Shown: positions 1-12,296 of the stretch, in pieces
Numbering within the stretch: the first letter of the stretch is position 1
Layout: every line of letters starts with the position of its first letter
NCBI GenBank assembly: GCA_024679065.1
Contig: JAGIQG010000036.1
Location: forward strand, 12,586,001-12,650,000
From: Sphyrna mokarran
Lineage: Eukaryota
Reading direction: 5' to 3'
Length of the DNA stretch: 64,000 nucleotides
Program-made: the position numbers and the translations under genes
Notes under the pieces: model-generated
What the model saw: the letters and a program-made list of their open reading frames with translations, nothing else
Databases searched by the model: none
What the model was told of the DNA's origin: nothing

Positions 1-37
1 GTAAGAAGGACTGTTGAAAAGGAAGGCTCTGTTCATC

Positions 38-536
38 ATGTTTTACCGTAAGGAACTTTGCCAACAACAATTCTTATTCAACATCTAACTTTCCTTTCTA
101 CTTGCTGACCACTATTGCTTTCTCCATTTCTGTCCCTCTTTCTTCTTCGCTTCTTTTTCTCCCCCCCTCTTTTACCTCTCATTCCACTACACAGAGTGTC
201 CTAATTTCCTGATCCCCTCTCTTTGTCTCTTCCTCAGATGTGAAGTCTCAGACTATCCGCCAGATTCCCGCCGCAGTTTCCAAATTTCCAAGGGAGAAAG
301 TGGGACTGAACTGCACTGTGGAGGGAAGCAGCAGTAATCTCTACATGTACTGGTAGAGACAATACCCGCGGAGTGAGCCGCAACTGCTGTTTTTGTCCAA
401 CACTGCAAAGTTTATCACTCCAGATGAGCCGGTGGACGGCTTCATAGCGAAGAGACCCAATGACTATGAGTTCAACCTGGAGTCCTCCGGCCTGCGGGTG
501 AATCACTCGGCCGTGTATTACTGCGCCTGGAGTCTT
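38..536 (+). pseudogene. TRBV: TCR V segment pseudogene V1 (CAWS family): leader remnant 38-47, intron 48-237, V exon 238-536
   Basis: V exon reads ..KSQTIRQIPAAVSKFPREKVGLNCTVEGSSSNLYMYW*RQ..VNHSAVYYCAWSL, with an in-frame TAG at 354-356 (TAC in paralogs). About 27 nt carrying the normal leader ATG is missing relative to V3/V4. Confidence 0.92.
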
Positions 537-575
537 CACAGTGACTCAGTGAGATGGAGCAGTTCAACAAAAACC
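537..575 (+). other. 23-RSS of V1 (perfect consensus)
   Basis: CACAGTG 537-543, 23-nt spacer, ACAAAAACC 567-575. Confidence 0.97.
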
Positions 576-1392
576 CCAAAGGCAGCAGGAAACAGCTGCT
601 TGGCAAAGCACTGCGCGGCGCGTTTAGCAGCCTTTGTGCAGAGCGAAAATGCTTTTGACAATAAAATTAGGATAGCTATCAATATTAGAGATAAATAAAG
701 TAATACCGAAAAAGTAAGCAGGAAAATGAACATCCATCTTGCCAGTACTAAGAGGTTATAATTTTAGGGAAAAACAAACATCTTCACTAACCCATTGAAT
801 GTGTCTCCAACTTCCGTTGCCTCGGCAAAGCAGAAAGCATAGTTGAGAACAACAGCACCCCGGATTCTCTCTTCCGCATCCTTCGGCTGGGTAAAAGAAC
901 AGCTTTTTCCCTGCTATCAGAATTTTGACTGGACTAACCTCACATTAAGGTTATCTTTCTGGACACCCCAGCTATAATTGTAACACACTATTCTGCACTC
1001 CCTGGTTTCTTTCTCCGTGTAGAGTATTCTTTTCCTGCATAGCGCGCAAGGAGCAATATATTTCACAATATACTAATATATGTGATAATGATTAGGAAAT
1101 AAAAGAACTTTGGGGTGAGCTGTCATTCATAAATGCATTTGGAATTCAACAGAAATTGCTTTACTCAATGGCTGCTAAGGTTGTGGGACCCGCTACCACA
1201 GGGAGGTTCTCGCATTGAGCCGCGAAGGTTCAATTCAGAATTAGATAACAAAGTAGATGCGGGATATGGTCGAAGTGACCCTTCTGGAGCTAATCTAATG
1301 AACATAACAGACCGAGGGCCAGTGTGTTTCATCAGCTTGTTTTGATGATACTAATAATGATAAGACATGAAGTTATTCATAAGACATGAAAA

Positions 1393-1600
1393 AATTCTCT
1401 GCCCATTGAAGTGCTGGAGGCTACCTCGTTGAATATATTTAAGTCACGGGTAGATAGGTTTCTGATAGACAGCGGAATTAAGGGTTATGGGGAGAAAGCG
1501 GGAAAGTGGAACTGATCCACTTCAGATCAGCCATGATCTTGTTGAACGGTGGGGCAGACACGATGGGCTAGATGGCCCACTCCTGCTCCAATTTCTTATG
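1393..1600 (+). mobile_element. CR1 LINE 3'-end fragment
   Basis: Matches the 3' end of the other CR1 copies (aattctctgcccattgaagtg...ctcctgctcc..tttcttatg; compare 9650-9863). Confidence 0.75.
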
Positions 1601-1691
1601 AAGACGACAAGCTGGGGCGTGTGAAAGAAATGTCTGTTTGAAAGAAATACAAAGGTATTGTTTTTGGTCTCTGGTTTCTTCCTTCGAGGGG

Positions 1692-1706
1692 CCAGCAGAG
1701 GGCAGT
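1692..1706 (+). promoter_or_regulatory. CTCF-consensus motif
   Basis: CCAGCAGAGGGCAGT matches the vertebrate CTCF core CCASYAGRKGGCRSY. Confidence 0.7.
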
Positions 1707-2919
1707 GCATCACTGCCAACTATCTCCTTGTCTGCCAAAAGCTTTATGAATAACATAGAACATAAAACATAGAATATTACAGCACAATGTAGATCATTCA
1801 GCCCTCGATTGTTTAAACCAACCTAAAGCCCATCTAAGCAATACTATTCCAATATCATCCGAAATCATAAGTGGAGAAAATTGAGCCGCTGTAGCCTGTT
1901 CGTGTGCTTCTATGCTTGGAATTTCTACCCATCATATGATCGTTATAGTGCAGATGGAGGCCTTCTGCTCTGGCATTCTGAAAGAACCTTCTGCCCAATC
2001 AGGCTTCCTTGCTTAATCCTTTCACATTCTTTCTTGGCAGAGAGCGATTGAACTCACTTTTGAAATCTGGATCAAGCCTGCCTCCACCCCTCTCTAGAAG
2101 CCGGTCTCAGAGCGTTGAAGCATTTTGGAAAGTTATTAGCATTTTCCGCAGTGAAGACTGACCCAATCATTCAACATACGCCTGCCATTTCCTGGCTCCC
2201 CAGTATTTCTTCCCCTCCACCTCGTTCTCGAATGCGCCTACATTCACTTCTGTGACTTATGCGCATACACAGGTTGGTCCCCTTGCTCCTGCATCTCCTT
2301 TAGAGTCTACCCCGTTATTTTACATCATGTCCCCCACAATCCAGTCGTGTTATTCTTGTTATCTCTGACTGGAAAATGTACATTCCTCTTTCAACGTTAT
2401 CAGTTCCTGCGGGGGTTTCGAACATTAGCTCAGCGCTCAATCTTCGAAATTCTACACAATAGTGCAAAATCTGTGCAACCTGCGGAGAAAGTCTATGCGG
2501 AAGAAGATATAGAGTGCCTCCAGACAGCTGTGCCGTTCAATAAGATCCTGACTGACTAGGGCTCAGCCTCAAATCCGCTTTCCGCCTCTCCTCCACTGCA
2601 TAGAAAACTCTTGAAGGCTTCTGTTGTTCTCAGATCTAATGGATGGTAATATATTCAATGACACAGTTCCCACTGTTCTCTGAAGTATAAAATTCCAAAA
2701 CACCCGCTATCAAAGAAGAAATTCCTTTCATCTCCAACTTGTTTGTTCATCTCCAAGCATGTTTCACTCATATCACCTCTGGGTCTTCTAAACGCCAGTC
2801 GGAGGATTGTTCCAGCAAATTCGGGACTCTGTCCAGCAGGGCAAAAGCTTATCTGTTGAACACTCTTAATGTCTTTTTAATTTTGAACGTAGAATTACGT
2901 CGACCACAATAATTTACAT

Positions 2920-3470
2920 CAAAGGAAAAGTGGCCATTTGCTCTTTGAGCGTGCTCCACCATTCATTAGCATCGCGGCTGCTCGTCTAACTCATCAGCTA
3001 GTCCTGATTTCCTTTGATCCCTTTTGAATGCATTCAATGTTTTGGCATCAACTACTTCCTGTGGTAAAGAATTCCACAGGCCCACCACTGTTTCAGTGAG
3101 GAAATGGCTCCTCTCCTCTTTCCTGAATGGCCTATCCTGAATCCTCAGACTGCGACCTCTGGCTCTAGACTCCCCCACCACCGGGAACACACTCTTGCAT
3201 CTTATGTTCTGATTCTGTTAGCACTTTATAAGTCTCCATAAAATCCCCTCCATCCGTCTGAACTCCAACATAAACAATCCTAACCGAATCAATTTCTCCT
3301 CCTACTTCAGTCTCGCCATCCCCGGAATCAACCTGGTAAAGCTTCCCTGCACTACCCCGAGAACAAGAATATCCTTCCTCAGAAAAGGAGACTAAAACTG
3401 CACACGTTATTCTAGGTGCGGTCTCTGTATAATAGCTTTGCTCCTGTACCCCAAAACTCTCGCAATGAAC
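2920..3470 (-). mobile_element. Degenerate CR1 LINE 3' fragment
   Basis: Minus-strand peptide MFPVVGESRARGRSLRI..LWNSLPQEVVDAKTLNAFK is typical of the CR1 ORF2 C-terminus. Confidence 0.85.
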
Positions 3471-3664
3471 GACCTTTTCCTAACAATTAACCTTTCAATT
3501 TTGAAAACATTACTTTTTCATTTTCCTGTTAATCTTTTTCTGGTGTCGCTTTATCTACAGTTTCTGGTACCAATTGAGAGCAATTCCGCTTGTAATGTCC
3601 ACATTTTCTCTCTCCATCAACCTGTCAACGCGTCTTTGCAATATGTTCACATAAACCACATAAA

Positions 3665-3745
3665 CCAATCTGGGGTGAGGGGCGGGTGATGTTGGAAAGA
3701 GGCGGGGCTGTCAGTTAATAGAAGAAGCTGGGCTGACCATCAAAC
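3665..3745 (+). promoter_or_regulatory. Putative V promoter block of the CAWS family (CCAAT + GC box + CTGTCA)
   Basis: CCAAT 3665-3669 and GGCGGGGCTGTCAG 3701-3714. Homologous blocks lie ~100-160 bp upstream of the leader ATG in V3 (6446), V4 (10605) and V5 (13285). Confidence 0.5.
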
Positions 3746-3815
3746 AGATGAGCATTGCAATTTGTGTTTTCTTCCCAGTAAGAAAGATTGTTTAAAAGGG
3801 AACCTGAAGTGGAAG

Positions 3816-4222
3816 ATGTATCTGTTGCTGGCTCCTTTCGTCAGGTTTCACGGTGAGGAACTTTTCCAACAACAAATCATATTCAACATCTAAATCATCT
3901 TTCAACTTGTGGACCTCATTATTTGATTCCTTCTGTTCCTTCTACTTTTCTACATCGCTCGTTCTCGTTCCACGGTGCTTCCACGCAGAATGCCCAATTT
4001 CCTGATCTCTCTCTGTCTCTTCCTCAGATGTGCTCTCTACATGTACTGGTACAGGCAATTCCCGGGGAGGGAGCTGCAACTGATTTTTTATTCCAACTCT
4101 GACGCTCACATCAGCCGGTGGACGACTTCACAGCCAAGCGGCCGAATGAGTATGAGCTCAATTTGGAGTCCTCCAGCATACGGGTGAATCACACGGCCGT
4201 GCATTACTGCGCCTGGAGTCTT
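3816..4222 (+). pseudogene. TRBV: TCR V segment pseudogene V2 (CAWS family): leader 3816-3852, V exon 4028-4222
   Basis: Leader MYLLLAPFVRFH. The V exon is 195 nt versus 299 nt in V4, because a 94-nt deletion removes FR1 and the first Cys and a 10-nt deletion follows CDR2. It ends VHYCAWSL. Confidence 0.92.
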
Positions 4223-4261
4223 GACAGTGACTCAGAGAGATGGAGTAGTTCAACAAAAACC
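4223..4261 (+). other. Defective 23-RSS of V2
   Basis: Heptamer GACAGTG (invariant CAC lost), 23-nt spacer, ACAAAAACC 4253-4261. Confidence 0.92.
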
Positions 4262-4326
4262 CCAAAGGCAGCAGTAACAGCAGTAACATTTAGCAGCCCT
4301 CTTTTTCGGGCAGAACGAAAATATTC

Positions 4327-4830
4327 ATAGAAATCATAGAAACCCTAACGTACAGAGAGAGGCTGTTCGGCCCATAGAGTCTGCACCGACTACAATCCCA
4401 CCTAGGCCCAACCCCCAACCACTACATATTTTACCCACCAATCCCCTCTAACCTATGCATTTAAGGTCAATCTAGTTGGCCAATCAACCTAACCCGCACA
4501 TCTTTGGACTGTGGTAGGAAACCGAAGCACCTGGCGGAAATCCACGCAGACACGAGGGGAATGTGCAAACTCCACACAAGTTGGTGGCAATAAATTTTGA
4601 TTGCTGTCAAAATGAGTGATTGGGGGTAAAGACATCACGGCAAAGCTAAACAGAGAAAGGAGCAGTGATATTGCCAAAACTGAGAGGTTGTCGGGTCGAC
4701 TTGGGTAGGTGTCTGTGGGAGTTTGCGCTTTCTCCCCCTGCTTGCGTGGGTATTCTCCGGGTGCTCCGGTTTCCTTCCACACCCCAACACGTGCTTTTAG
4801 GCTGATTGGTGTTAACAAATTGTCCCTAAA
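4327..4830. mobile_element. Two tRNA-derived SINE fragments (HE1-like): ~4327-4580 minus and ~4690-4830 plus
   Basis: Core ..ggccaatc.acctaacccgcacatctttggactgtgg.aggaaacc..cacgcagacacg.. recurs more than 10 times in the window, with a (catagaa)n tail. Confidence 0.75.
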
Positions 4831-6605
4831 TTAGACCTCTCTCCATCTGGCACACATGAAATTCTCTAAATTTGCACACTTTATTGTGGAGTCCGAGAGG
4901 CGTAGGCAAAAGTCATAGGCAGAAGAAGGATTGGAATGAGGTGTTCACTGAATGTTAAAATGGTTGCGCAGGCTTTTTAGGCCGAAGGGCATGTTTCCTG
5001 TGCTGTTTTGTTGTTTGCCCTTTGTTATAACTATCAGAAAAATCCAACATATTCGATTAATTATTGACGCTGTCCATAGTTCCCGCTGCCAAAGTATCCA
5101 GTTTAAACAAAGACGTATTGTCTTCCATATTAATTCCAAAGACGTATTCCGGACGTATTCTCTTCCACCGTCTTTCGTCCAGAAAAAAACTTGAACTTCA
5201 TCTGCCTCCTCTCTGCCCCCTCCACCAATATATTCAGTTGAATTTCAGGAGCCCTTTTAATCATCAAATCATTCACTCCAGTTTGTGTCACTAAATGCGT
5301 CCTGACATAAGCAACGAACAGCCTGAAGTTTCTGCCCCCTTCACCTGGAACGCCCGCAGCACAGTCCTCAATCTGTACCCTCACTATCACCGTCCAGAGA
5401 AAATGTATTTCTCCACCAGCACAAAACAATTCTTTTATCACTTTCATGCGCCGTGTTGCTTTTACAAACACAGAGTTTATAAAGCAGTTTTTGAAACTTT
5501 CTCTTTTAATTGAAGCGAATAGAGAATGTATTTCAATGCGGATATGGAATCAACCGAACTCTGCCCAGAGAAACGTGATGTGGTTGCAATGGGAAATTTC
5601 TCTGGTGTATTATTTGCCTATTGTTGATTCTTCTCCGCTAATTTAAAAAAAAGTCTCTGAATTTGTATTCTTGTCATGTGATTCTTGTTGCCTGTCACTT
5701 CGAAATTCATATTCCTCTTTCAGTGTTATCAGTTCCTGCCAGGATTCGAATGTTAGATCAGCGCTCCAACTTCGAAGTTCGACAGAGGACATCTGGGAGT
5801 AGACATTTAGCCCCCCCAGGTAGCTGTGTCGTTCAATAAAATCCTAACTGGCTCCATAGTGGCCGAAAAACTGTCTCCCCTTCCCCCGCGTAGAAAAAAA
5901 ATCTTCACGTCTCTTGTTATCAAATCTAATTGGTGAAGAATTTATTCAATGATTCAGTTCCAACTGTTCCCTAAGATGTAGAATTCCTAAAATAACCGCC
6001 ATCAAAGCAGGAATGCCTCTTCGTTAGCGACTCAGACAGAAGATACTCTGACGCCAAGCTTCCTATTCAAGATTCCAGAACGAGAGCGGAGCTTCTTCGC
6101 AGCATCGACATTTTCAGCCCCTTCACAATACATATTTCACTCAGATCACACCTGATTCTTCTCACTGCCAACCCAAAGATTAATCCACCACGCTCAGGTC
6201 TCGGGCAGCAGAAGGAATACTTTACCTCTCGAACACTCTCGAGTGTCTTTTTACTCTTGAAAGTAGAAATACGTCAACCACCATAGCTTACTTTGAAGGA
6301 AATGTAATCCAGGTTTTTGCCGTCTGTTTACTGAATTTCCCCTCCAAACCCCGGGATTGTTCCGTGGATCTGAGCTGTGATTCCCCTCTGCATTATCTCC
6401 TCATTGTGTCTTTGTAACTTCCTGCTGCTGTCAACTCGACATAAACCAATCAGGAGGTGAGAGGTGGATCCGATTCAGGAACAGGGACGGGCTGCCAGTT
6501 AATGCGGGGGCTCCGCTGTCAGTTAAACAGTAAGGCGCAGGACCATTGCATTTTGAACGTTTTCCCAGTGAGAAAGATTGTTTAAACAGGAAGCTGAAGG
6601 GGAAG

Positions 6606-7116
6606 ATGTATCTATTGCTGGCTCTGTTCATTATGTTTCACCGTGAGGAGATTTCCCAACTATAATTCTTATTCAATATCTAACTTTCTTTTCCGCTTGC
6701 TGATCTCCCCCTTACTTTGATTCCTTCTTTCTATTTTTCTACGTATCTCTCTTCCCTCGATTCTCCATCGCACAGAATGACTAATTTCCTCATCTCCTCT
6801 CCCTGAGTGTTCCTCAGATATGAAGTCTCAGACTATCCTCCAGACTCCCCCTGCTACTTCCATATCTCCTGGGGACAGAGTGGGGCTGAAATGCACTGTG
6901 AAAGGGGGCAGCAGTGCTCCGAGCATGTTCTGCTACAGACAATACCCGGGGAGGGAGCTGCAGCTGATGTTTTACTCCGGCACTGAAGACCATGTCAGCC
7001 CAAATGAGGCGGTGGACGGTTTCAGAGCGAAGAGACCGAATGGCTGTGAGTTCAACCTGCAGTCCGCCAGCCTGCGGGTGAATCACTCGGCCGTTTACTA
7101 CTGCGCCTGGAGTCTT
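6606..7116 (+). CDS. TRBV: TCR V segment V3 (CAWS family), open frame but atypical (ORF class): leader 6606-6642, V exon 6818-7116
   Basis: MYLLLALFIMFH|HMKSQTILQTPPATSISPGDRVGLKC..SMFCYRQ..NGCEF..NHSAVYYCAWSL with GT/AG intact. The conserved FR2 Trp is replaced by Cys (TGC 6931-6933). Confidence 0.85.
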
Positions 7117-7155
7117 CACTGTAACTCACAGAGATGGAGCAGTTCAACAAAAACT
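7117..7155 (+). other. Non-consensus 23-RSS of V3
   Basis: CACTGTA, 23-nt spacer, ACAAAAACT. Confidence 0.9.
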
Positions 7156-8050
7156 CCAAAAGGTCGCAGGAAACAGCTGCTTCACAAAGCACTGCGCAGT
7201 GCATTAAGCGGCTGTGTTGTTTTCGTGCAGAGCGAAAATCCTTTTCACAATAAAGGCATAATTGTTATCAATGTGAGTGACTGAAGATAAAGAGACACTG
7301 GAAAAGTTAAACACGAAAAATGCCGAACATGTTCGCTTACGCATTCACTCTGTCTGCACTTCCCTTTGCCCCGCGAAAGCAGACAGCATAATTAAGGACC
7401 CCACGAACCCGGACATTTTCTCTTCCAACTTCTCCCGTCGGGGAAAAGATGAGGTCAGGTACCAGCCGACTCAAGAACAACTTCTTCCCTGCTGTCTTTG
7501 AATGGACCTACCTCACATTAAGTCTACCTTTCTCCACACCCTAGCTATGACTGCAACACTATACTCTGCACTCTCTCGTTTCTTTCTCTATGTACGGTAT
7601 GCTTTGTCTGTATAGCGCTCAAGAAACAATACTTTTCACTCTATACTATTACATGTACAATAATAAAGAAACCAAAAAAGGCTGTGAAGCCGCTAATAAA
7701 TTCATGAACGCAAATTACTGCGATCAATCCAAATCTACGAACAAATCCAATCGAAATTCAAAAGAAATGTCTTTGCTCCAAGGATGCTGAGGATGTGGAA
7801 CCCGCTATCACAGGGTGCGTCTTGCAGTGAACGTCCTAGGTTCTCTTAAGAATTGGAGTTGGAGAAGTAGGTGAGGGCTTTGTTGAGATATAACATCAAC
7901 TTTTGGAGCTAATCTATTGAACGTCTTCTCAGACTGAGGGCGAGTGTGTTCGCATCATTTGGCTTTGATGTAACAAGCAATGATAGAACATGAGACGAAA
8001 CCGCGAGACTTGGTGTGTTTTTTGGCACTCTGGTTTATTACTTCAAGTGG

Positions 8051-8065
8051 CCAGCAGATGGCAGT
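8051..8065 (+). promoter_or_regulatory. CTCF-consensus motif
   Basis: CCAGCAGATGGCAGT; paralogous to 1692. Confidence 0.7.
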
Positions 8066-9047
8066 ACATGGTCACGAACTATGTCCTTGTCTGTGAGAAG
8101 TTTTATAAAGAGGGGGAAAGAATTGAGCCGCTGTAAACTGTTCATGTGTTTCTATCCTTGGAATTCCTACTAATCACAGAATCCTTACAGTGTTTGGCTA
8201 ATCACATCTGCACTGGTAATCTGAAAGATCCTTCCTCCTGATCATGCTTCCCTGCCTTACCCCCGTAACCTTTCACATTCGTCCTTTGCAGATAGCGATC
8301 GAATTCCCTTTTGAAATCTCGATCAAGCCTGCCTCCATCACCCACTCAGGAAGCTTGTCAGAGTGTTAAAGCATGTTAGAATGTTAGTAGCGTTTTCTAT
8401 CGTGATTACTGACGCAAAGTATTTATTCAACTCCCCAGCCATTTCCTGGTTCCACATTATTCGTTTCCCCCACCCCTTTCTATTAGACGCGCGCGTTCAC
8501 ATTCATGATCTGCGCGCATATACATGGAGGTCCCCTTACTCCTGCACTTCCTTTAAAGTTTCTCCCTTTGTTTTGCATCGCCACTTTCTCCCTGCCCAAA
8601 TGGATCACTCTGCACTAAACTTCATGTGTCTCCTCTCGGCGCCCTCCACCAATATTTCCCGTTGAACATCAGGACTATTTTGCTCACTTGACAACACCTC
8701 CAATTATCGTATCATCTGCTACATTGGTTTCACTAAATATCTTCTGATATAAGAAAAGAACGTCTCTCCTCCCCCCTCCCCCCACACCCCGCCACAACGT
8801 CCCCGAACTCATTTGAAATTTCTACCCTCTTCCTCTGGAACGCCCATATTTCCAGACCCACCAACTACACCCCCACAATCACCTTCCAGAGAACATGCTT
8901 TCGTCCTCCGATCCAAACAGATTCTTTTAGAATCTTCGTGTTCCTGATTGGGATTAAAAATGCAGACTTTATAAGGCAGTTTTCTTTGAAACTTACGCTT
9001 TTAATTGAAACGGATAGAAAATGTACTTCAGTAGGGATAGTGGAAAC

Positions 9048-9331
9048 AATAGAACATAGAACATTACAGCGCAGAACAGGCCCTTCGGCCTTCGATGATG
9101 CGCCGACCAATTATGAAAAAAGCAATGACCCACCAAACTAAACCATTCCCTTCTCTTCCATAAGCTTATCAACTAACCTCTTAAACGCCACCAAACTTGG
9201 CGCATCTACAACTGCCGCAGACAGGGCATTCCACTCCGTAACCGTCCTCTGGGTAAAGAACCTACCTCTGATACCCGTCCTATAACTATCACCCCTTAAT
9301 TTAAAGCTGTGTCCCCTCGTGCTAATAGAAC
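9048..9331 (-). mobile_element. Young, heavily 5'-truncated CR1 insertion with 8-bp target-site duplication AATAGAAC
   Basis: STRGHSFKLRG..DAPSLVAFKRLVDKLMEEKGMV is nearly identical to the C-terminus of the 50-52 kb element. AATAGAAC occurs at 9048-9055 and 9324-9331. Confidence 0.9.
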
Positions 9332-9529
9332 TCTGTCCGGAGAACACGTGTGATGTGGTTGCAATGAGAAATAATTTAGGTGCATTAGTTGCCTATTGTT
9401 GACGCGCATCCGCTGATTTTAGTAAATGTGAAATCCCTTCATGTGATTTTTTTTCTATTTTTCACTGGAAAATTCATACCTTTCTTTCAATTTTATCAGT
9501 TCCTGTTGGAGTTCGAACATTTGATCATT

Positions 9530-9863
9530 TAGAAAGGGAACCAGAACGAGAGGGTACAGCCTCAAAATAAGGGGGTGGGGGATGGGGTGGGGGGCAGTTT
9601 AGAACAGAGTTGACCCGGAACTTCTCTCAGGGGGTGGTGAATCTCTGGAATTCTCTGCCCATTGAAGTGGTGGAGGTTACCTCCTTGAATATGTTTAAGT
9701 CACTGCTAGATAGATTTCTGATCAATAAGGGAATTAAGGGTTCTGGGGAGCAGGCGGGTAAGTAGAACTGATCCACTTCAGATCAGCCATGATCTTATTG
9801 AATGGCGGGGCACGCTCGGAGGGCTAGATGGCCTACTCCTGCTCCTATTTCTTATGTTCTTAT
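9530..9863 (+). mobile_element. CR1 LINE 3' fragment
   Basis: ..gaatctctggaattctctgccc..ggcctactcctgctcctatttcttatgttcttat tail. Confidence 0.8.
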
Positions 9864-10766
9864 CAGCACTCCAACTTCGAAATTCCACAAATAAGGTAGA
9901 ATCTGTGCAACCTGTTCAGGAAGGAGATGAGGTAGAGGCCTCCAGTCCCTCCAGATAGCTGCGCCGCTCAATAAATTCCTGGCTAGCTCCGTAGTAGCCG
10001 CAAATCAACTTTCTGCCTCCCCTTCCCCTGTGTTAAGAAACCCTGACGCCTTTGTTGTTCTCACATCTAACTGGTGGGAAATATATTCAATGATCTTGTT
10101 TCCGCTGCTCCCTTAGGTACACAATTCCGAAAATACCCGCCATTAGAGAAGAAATTTCTCTTCATCTCCGACTTAGACTGAATATTACCTGAGACCATGT
10201 TCCCTAGATCTAAATTTCCCAATGAGAGTGGAGCCTACTCTCAGCATTGACATTTCTCGCCTCTGTCACAATATTATATGTTGCTCTCAGATCACCTCTG
10301 CTTCTTCAAAAAAAATCAGCCGAGATTAATCGACCATGTTCAAGACTCCGACCAGTGGAGGCAACATTTTATCTATCGAATACTTTCGAATGTCTTTTTA
10401 CTTCTGAAAGTAGAACTACGTCGAACATAGTGTTCTGTATTGAAGGAAATGTGATTTAGATTTTTGCAGTCTATTTTTCTGAACTTCTCCTCCAAACTCC
10501 GGGATTGTTCTGTGGATCTGAGTTGTGATTCCTTCACACTTCCCCCTCTCCACCAACCCTTCAATGTGTCCTTGCAAGTCCTGCTGCTGCCAGCTCCACA
10601 TAAACCAATCAGGAGGTGAGGGGTGTGTCTGATACAGGAAAAGGGCAGAGCTGTCAGTTAATGTGGGGGCTGGGCTGTCAGTCGAACAGTGAAGAGAAGG
10701 AGCATTGCAATTTGCGTGTCTTCTTCCCAGTGAGAACATTTATTTAGTCGGGAAGCTGATGCGAAG

Positions 10767-11272
10767 ATGTACCTGTTGCTGGCTCTGTTCATCATGTTTC
10801 ACCGTAAGGAAACTTCCCAAAAACAATTCTCACTCAACATCTAACTTTACTTTCCACTTACTGATCTCCCTCTTCTTCTGATTCCTTCTGTTCTTCCTGT
10901 TTTTCTCTCTTTCCTCGATCCTCCACCACTCAGAGTGCTCAATTTCTTGATCTCCTCTCTGTCTCTTCCTCAGATGTGAAATCTCAGACTATCATTCAGA
11001 CGCCCGCCGCCACTTCCAAATCTCCAGGGGAGAGGGTGAGACTGAAATGCACTGTGGAGGGGAGCAGCAGTGCTCTTAGCATGTTTTGGTACAGACAACA
11101 TCCGGGGAGAGAGCTACAGCTGATGTTTTACTCCAACATTGCAAACCGCGTCAATCCAAATGAGGCGGTAGACGGTTTCACAGCGAAGCGACCGAATGAC
11201 TATGAATTCAACCTGGAGTCCCCCAGACTGTGGGTGAATCACTCGGCTGTGTATTACTGCGCCTGGAGTCTT
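10767..11272 (+). CDS. TRBV: TCR beta V segment V4 (CAWS family), apparently functional: leader 10767-10803, V exon 10974-11272
   Basis: MYLLLALFIMFH|HVKSQTIIQTPAATSKSPGERVRLKC..SMFWYRQHPGRELQLMFYS..NHSAVYYCAWSL. Both Cys and the Trp are present; splice sites are intact. Confidence 0.93.
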
Positions 11273-11311
11273 CACAGTGACTCAGAGAGATGAAGCCGTT
11301 CAACAAAAACC
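11273..11311 (+). other. 23-RSS of V4 (consensus)
   Basis: CACAGTG, 23 nt, ACAAAAACC 11303-11311. Confidence 0.97.
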
Positions 11312-12281
11312 CCAAAGGCAACAGGAAATACCTGCTACACTAAACACTGCTTTTAGCCGCCATTTTTTTTCCGTGCAGAGGGAAAATGCTTTTGATAATA
11401 AAAGCAGGATTGCTGTCAAGTGCGGAACTGGAAATAAAGAGTCTCCGGAAAACGTAAAGAGGAAGAGGAACAGCGGTGTTGCTAGAACTGAGTGGTTGCA
11501 ATCATCAGGGAAAATCGAACATGTTCGCTTACCCATGGATTCTCTCTATACCTACCCCTGTCCCGGAAAAGCAGACAGCATAATTAATGACCCCACGTAC
11601 TCCGAACATTCTCCATTCCATCATCTTCCATTGGAAAAAACATAACCAACACTCGTGACATACCAACCGACTCAAAACCAGCTTCTTCCCTGTTGCCATC
11701 AGACTTTTATACACCTACCTCACATTAATTTTATCTTTCTCGACACCCTAGCTATGACACTATATCCTGCACTCTCTCGTTTCCTTTTCTATGCTTTGCC
11801 TGAAGAAACAATTCTTATTCTATTACATGTGGCAATAACAAAGAAATCAAGAAAGGTGGGGGTGGACTGCCACTAATAAATCCATCAAACAATTTACTGC
11901 GGATGCTGTAACCCAAATGCACTAATAAATGCAACCGGAATTCAACAGATGCTGCTTTGCTCCAAGGTTACTGAGGATGTGGAACCCGCTATCACAGGGA
12001 GTGCCTCACGGTGAGCAGCGTTGGTTCAATTAAGAATTAAATAATTAAGTGGAGATGTAGATGAGGGAAACGTTCGGATATATCAGCAATCTTCTGAAGC
12101 TAATCTATTGAACATCGTTTCAGACTAGTGCGTTCGCATCAGCTAGTTTTGATGAAACTAGTAATGGTAAGACTTGAAGACGAAATAGTTGTGGCGTTTG
12201 AATGAAATGACTGAAAGGAATACAAAAATATTGAAGTGAAGAGGCTTGTTCTTTTGGACTCTGGTTTCTTCCTTCAAGGAG

Positions 12282-12296
12282 CCAGCAGGAGGCAGC
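12282..12296 (+). promoter_or_regulatory. CTCF-like motif
   Basis: CCAGCAGGAGGCAGC; paralogous to 1692 and 8051. Confidence 0.6.

Noticed and set aside
234-539. Recurring antisense ORFs 'MKTPGAVI...' (also 6814-7119, 13667-13933, 22275-22577)
   Set aside because: They are the reverse strand of the paralogous V exons. They recur because the V genes do, and nothing supports independent coding.
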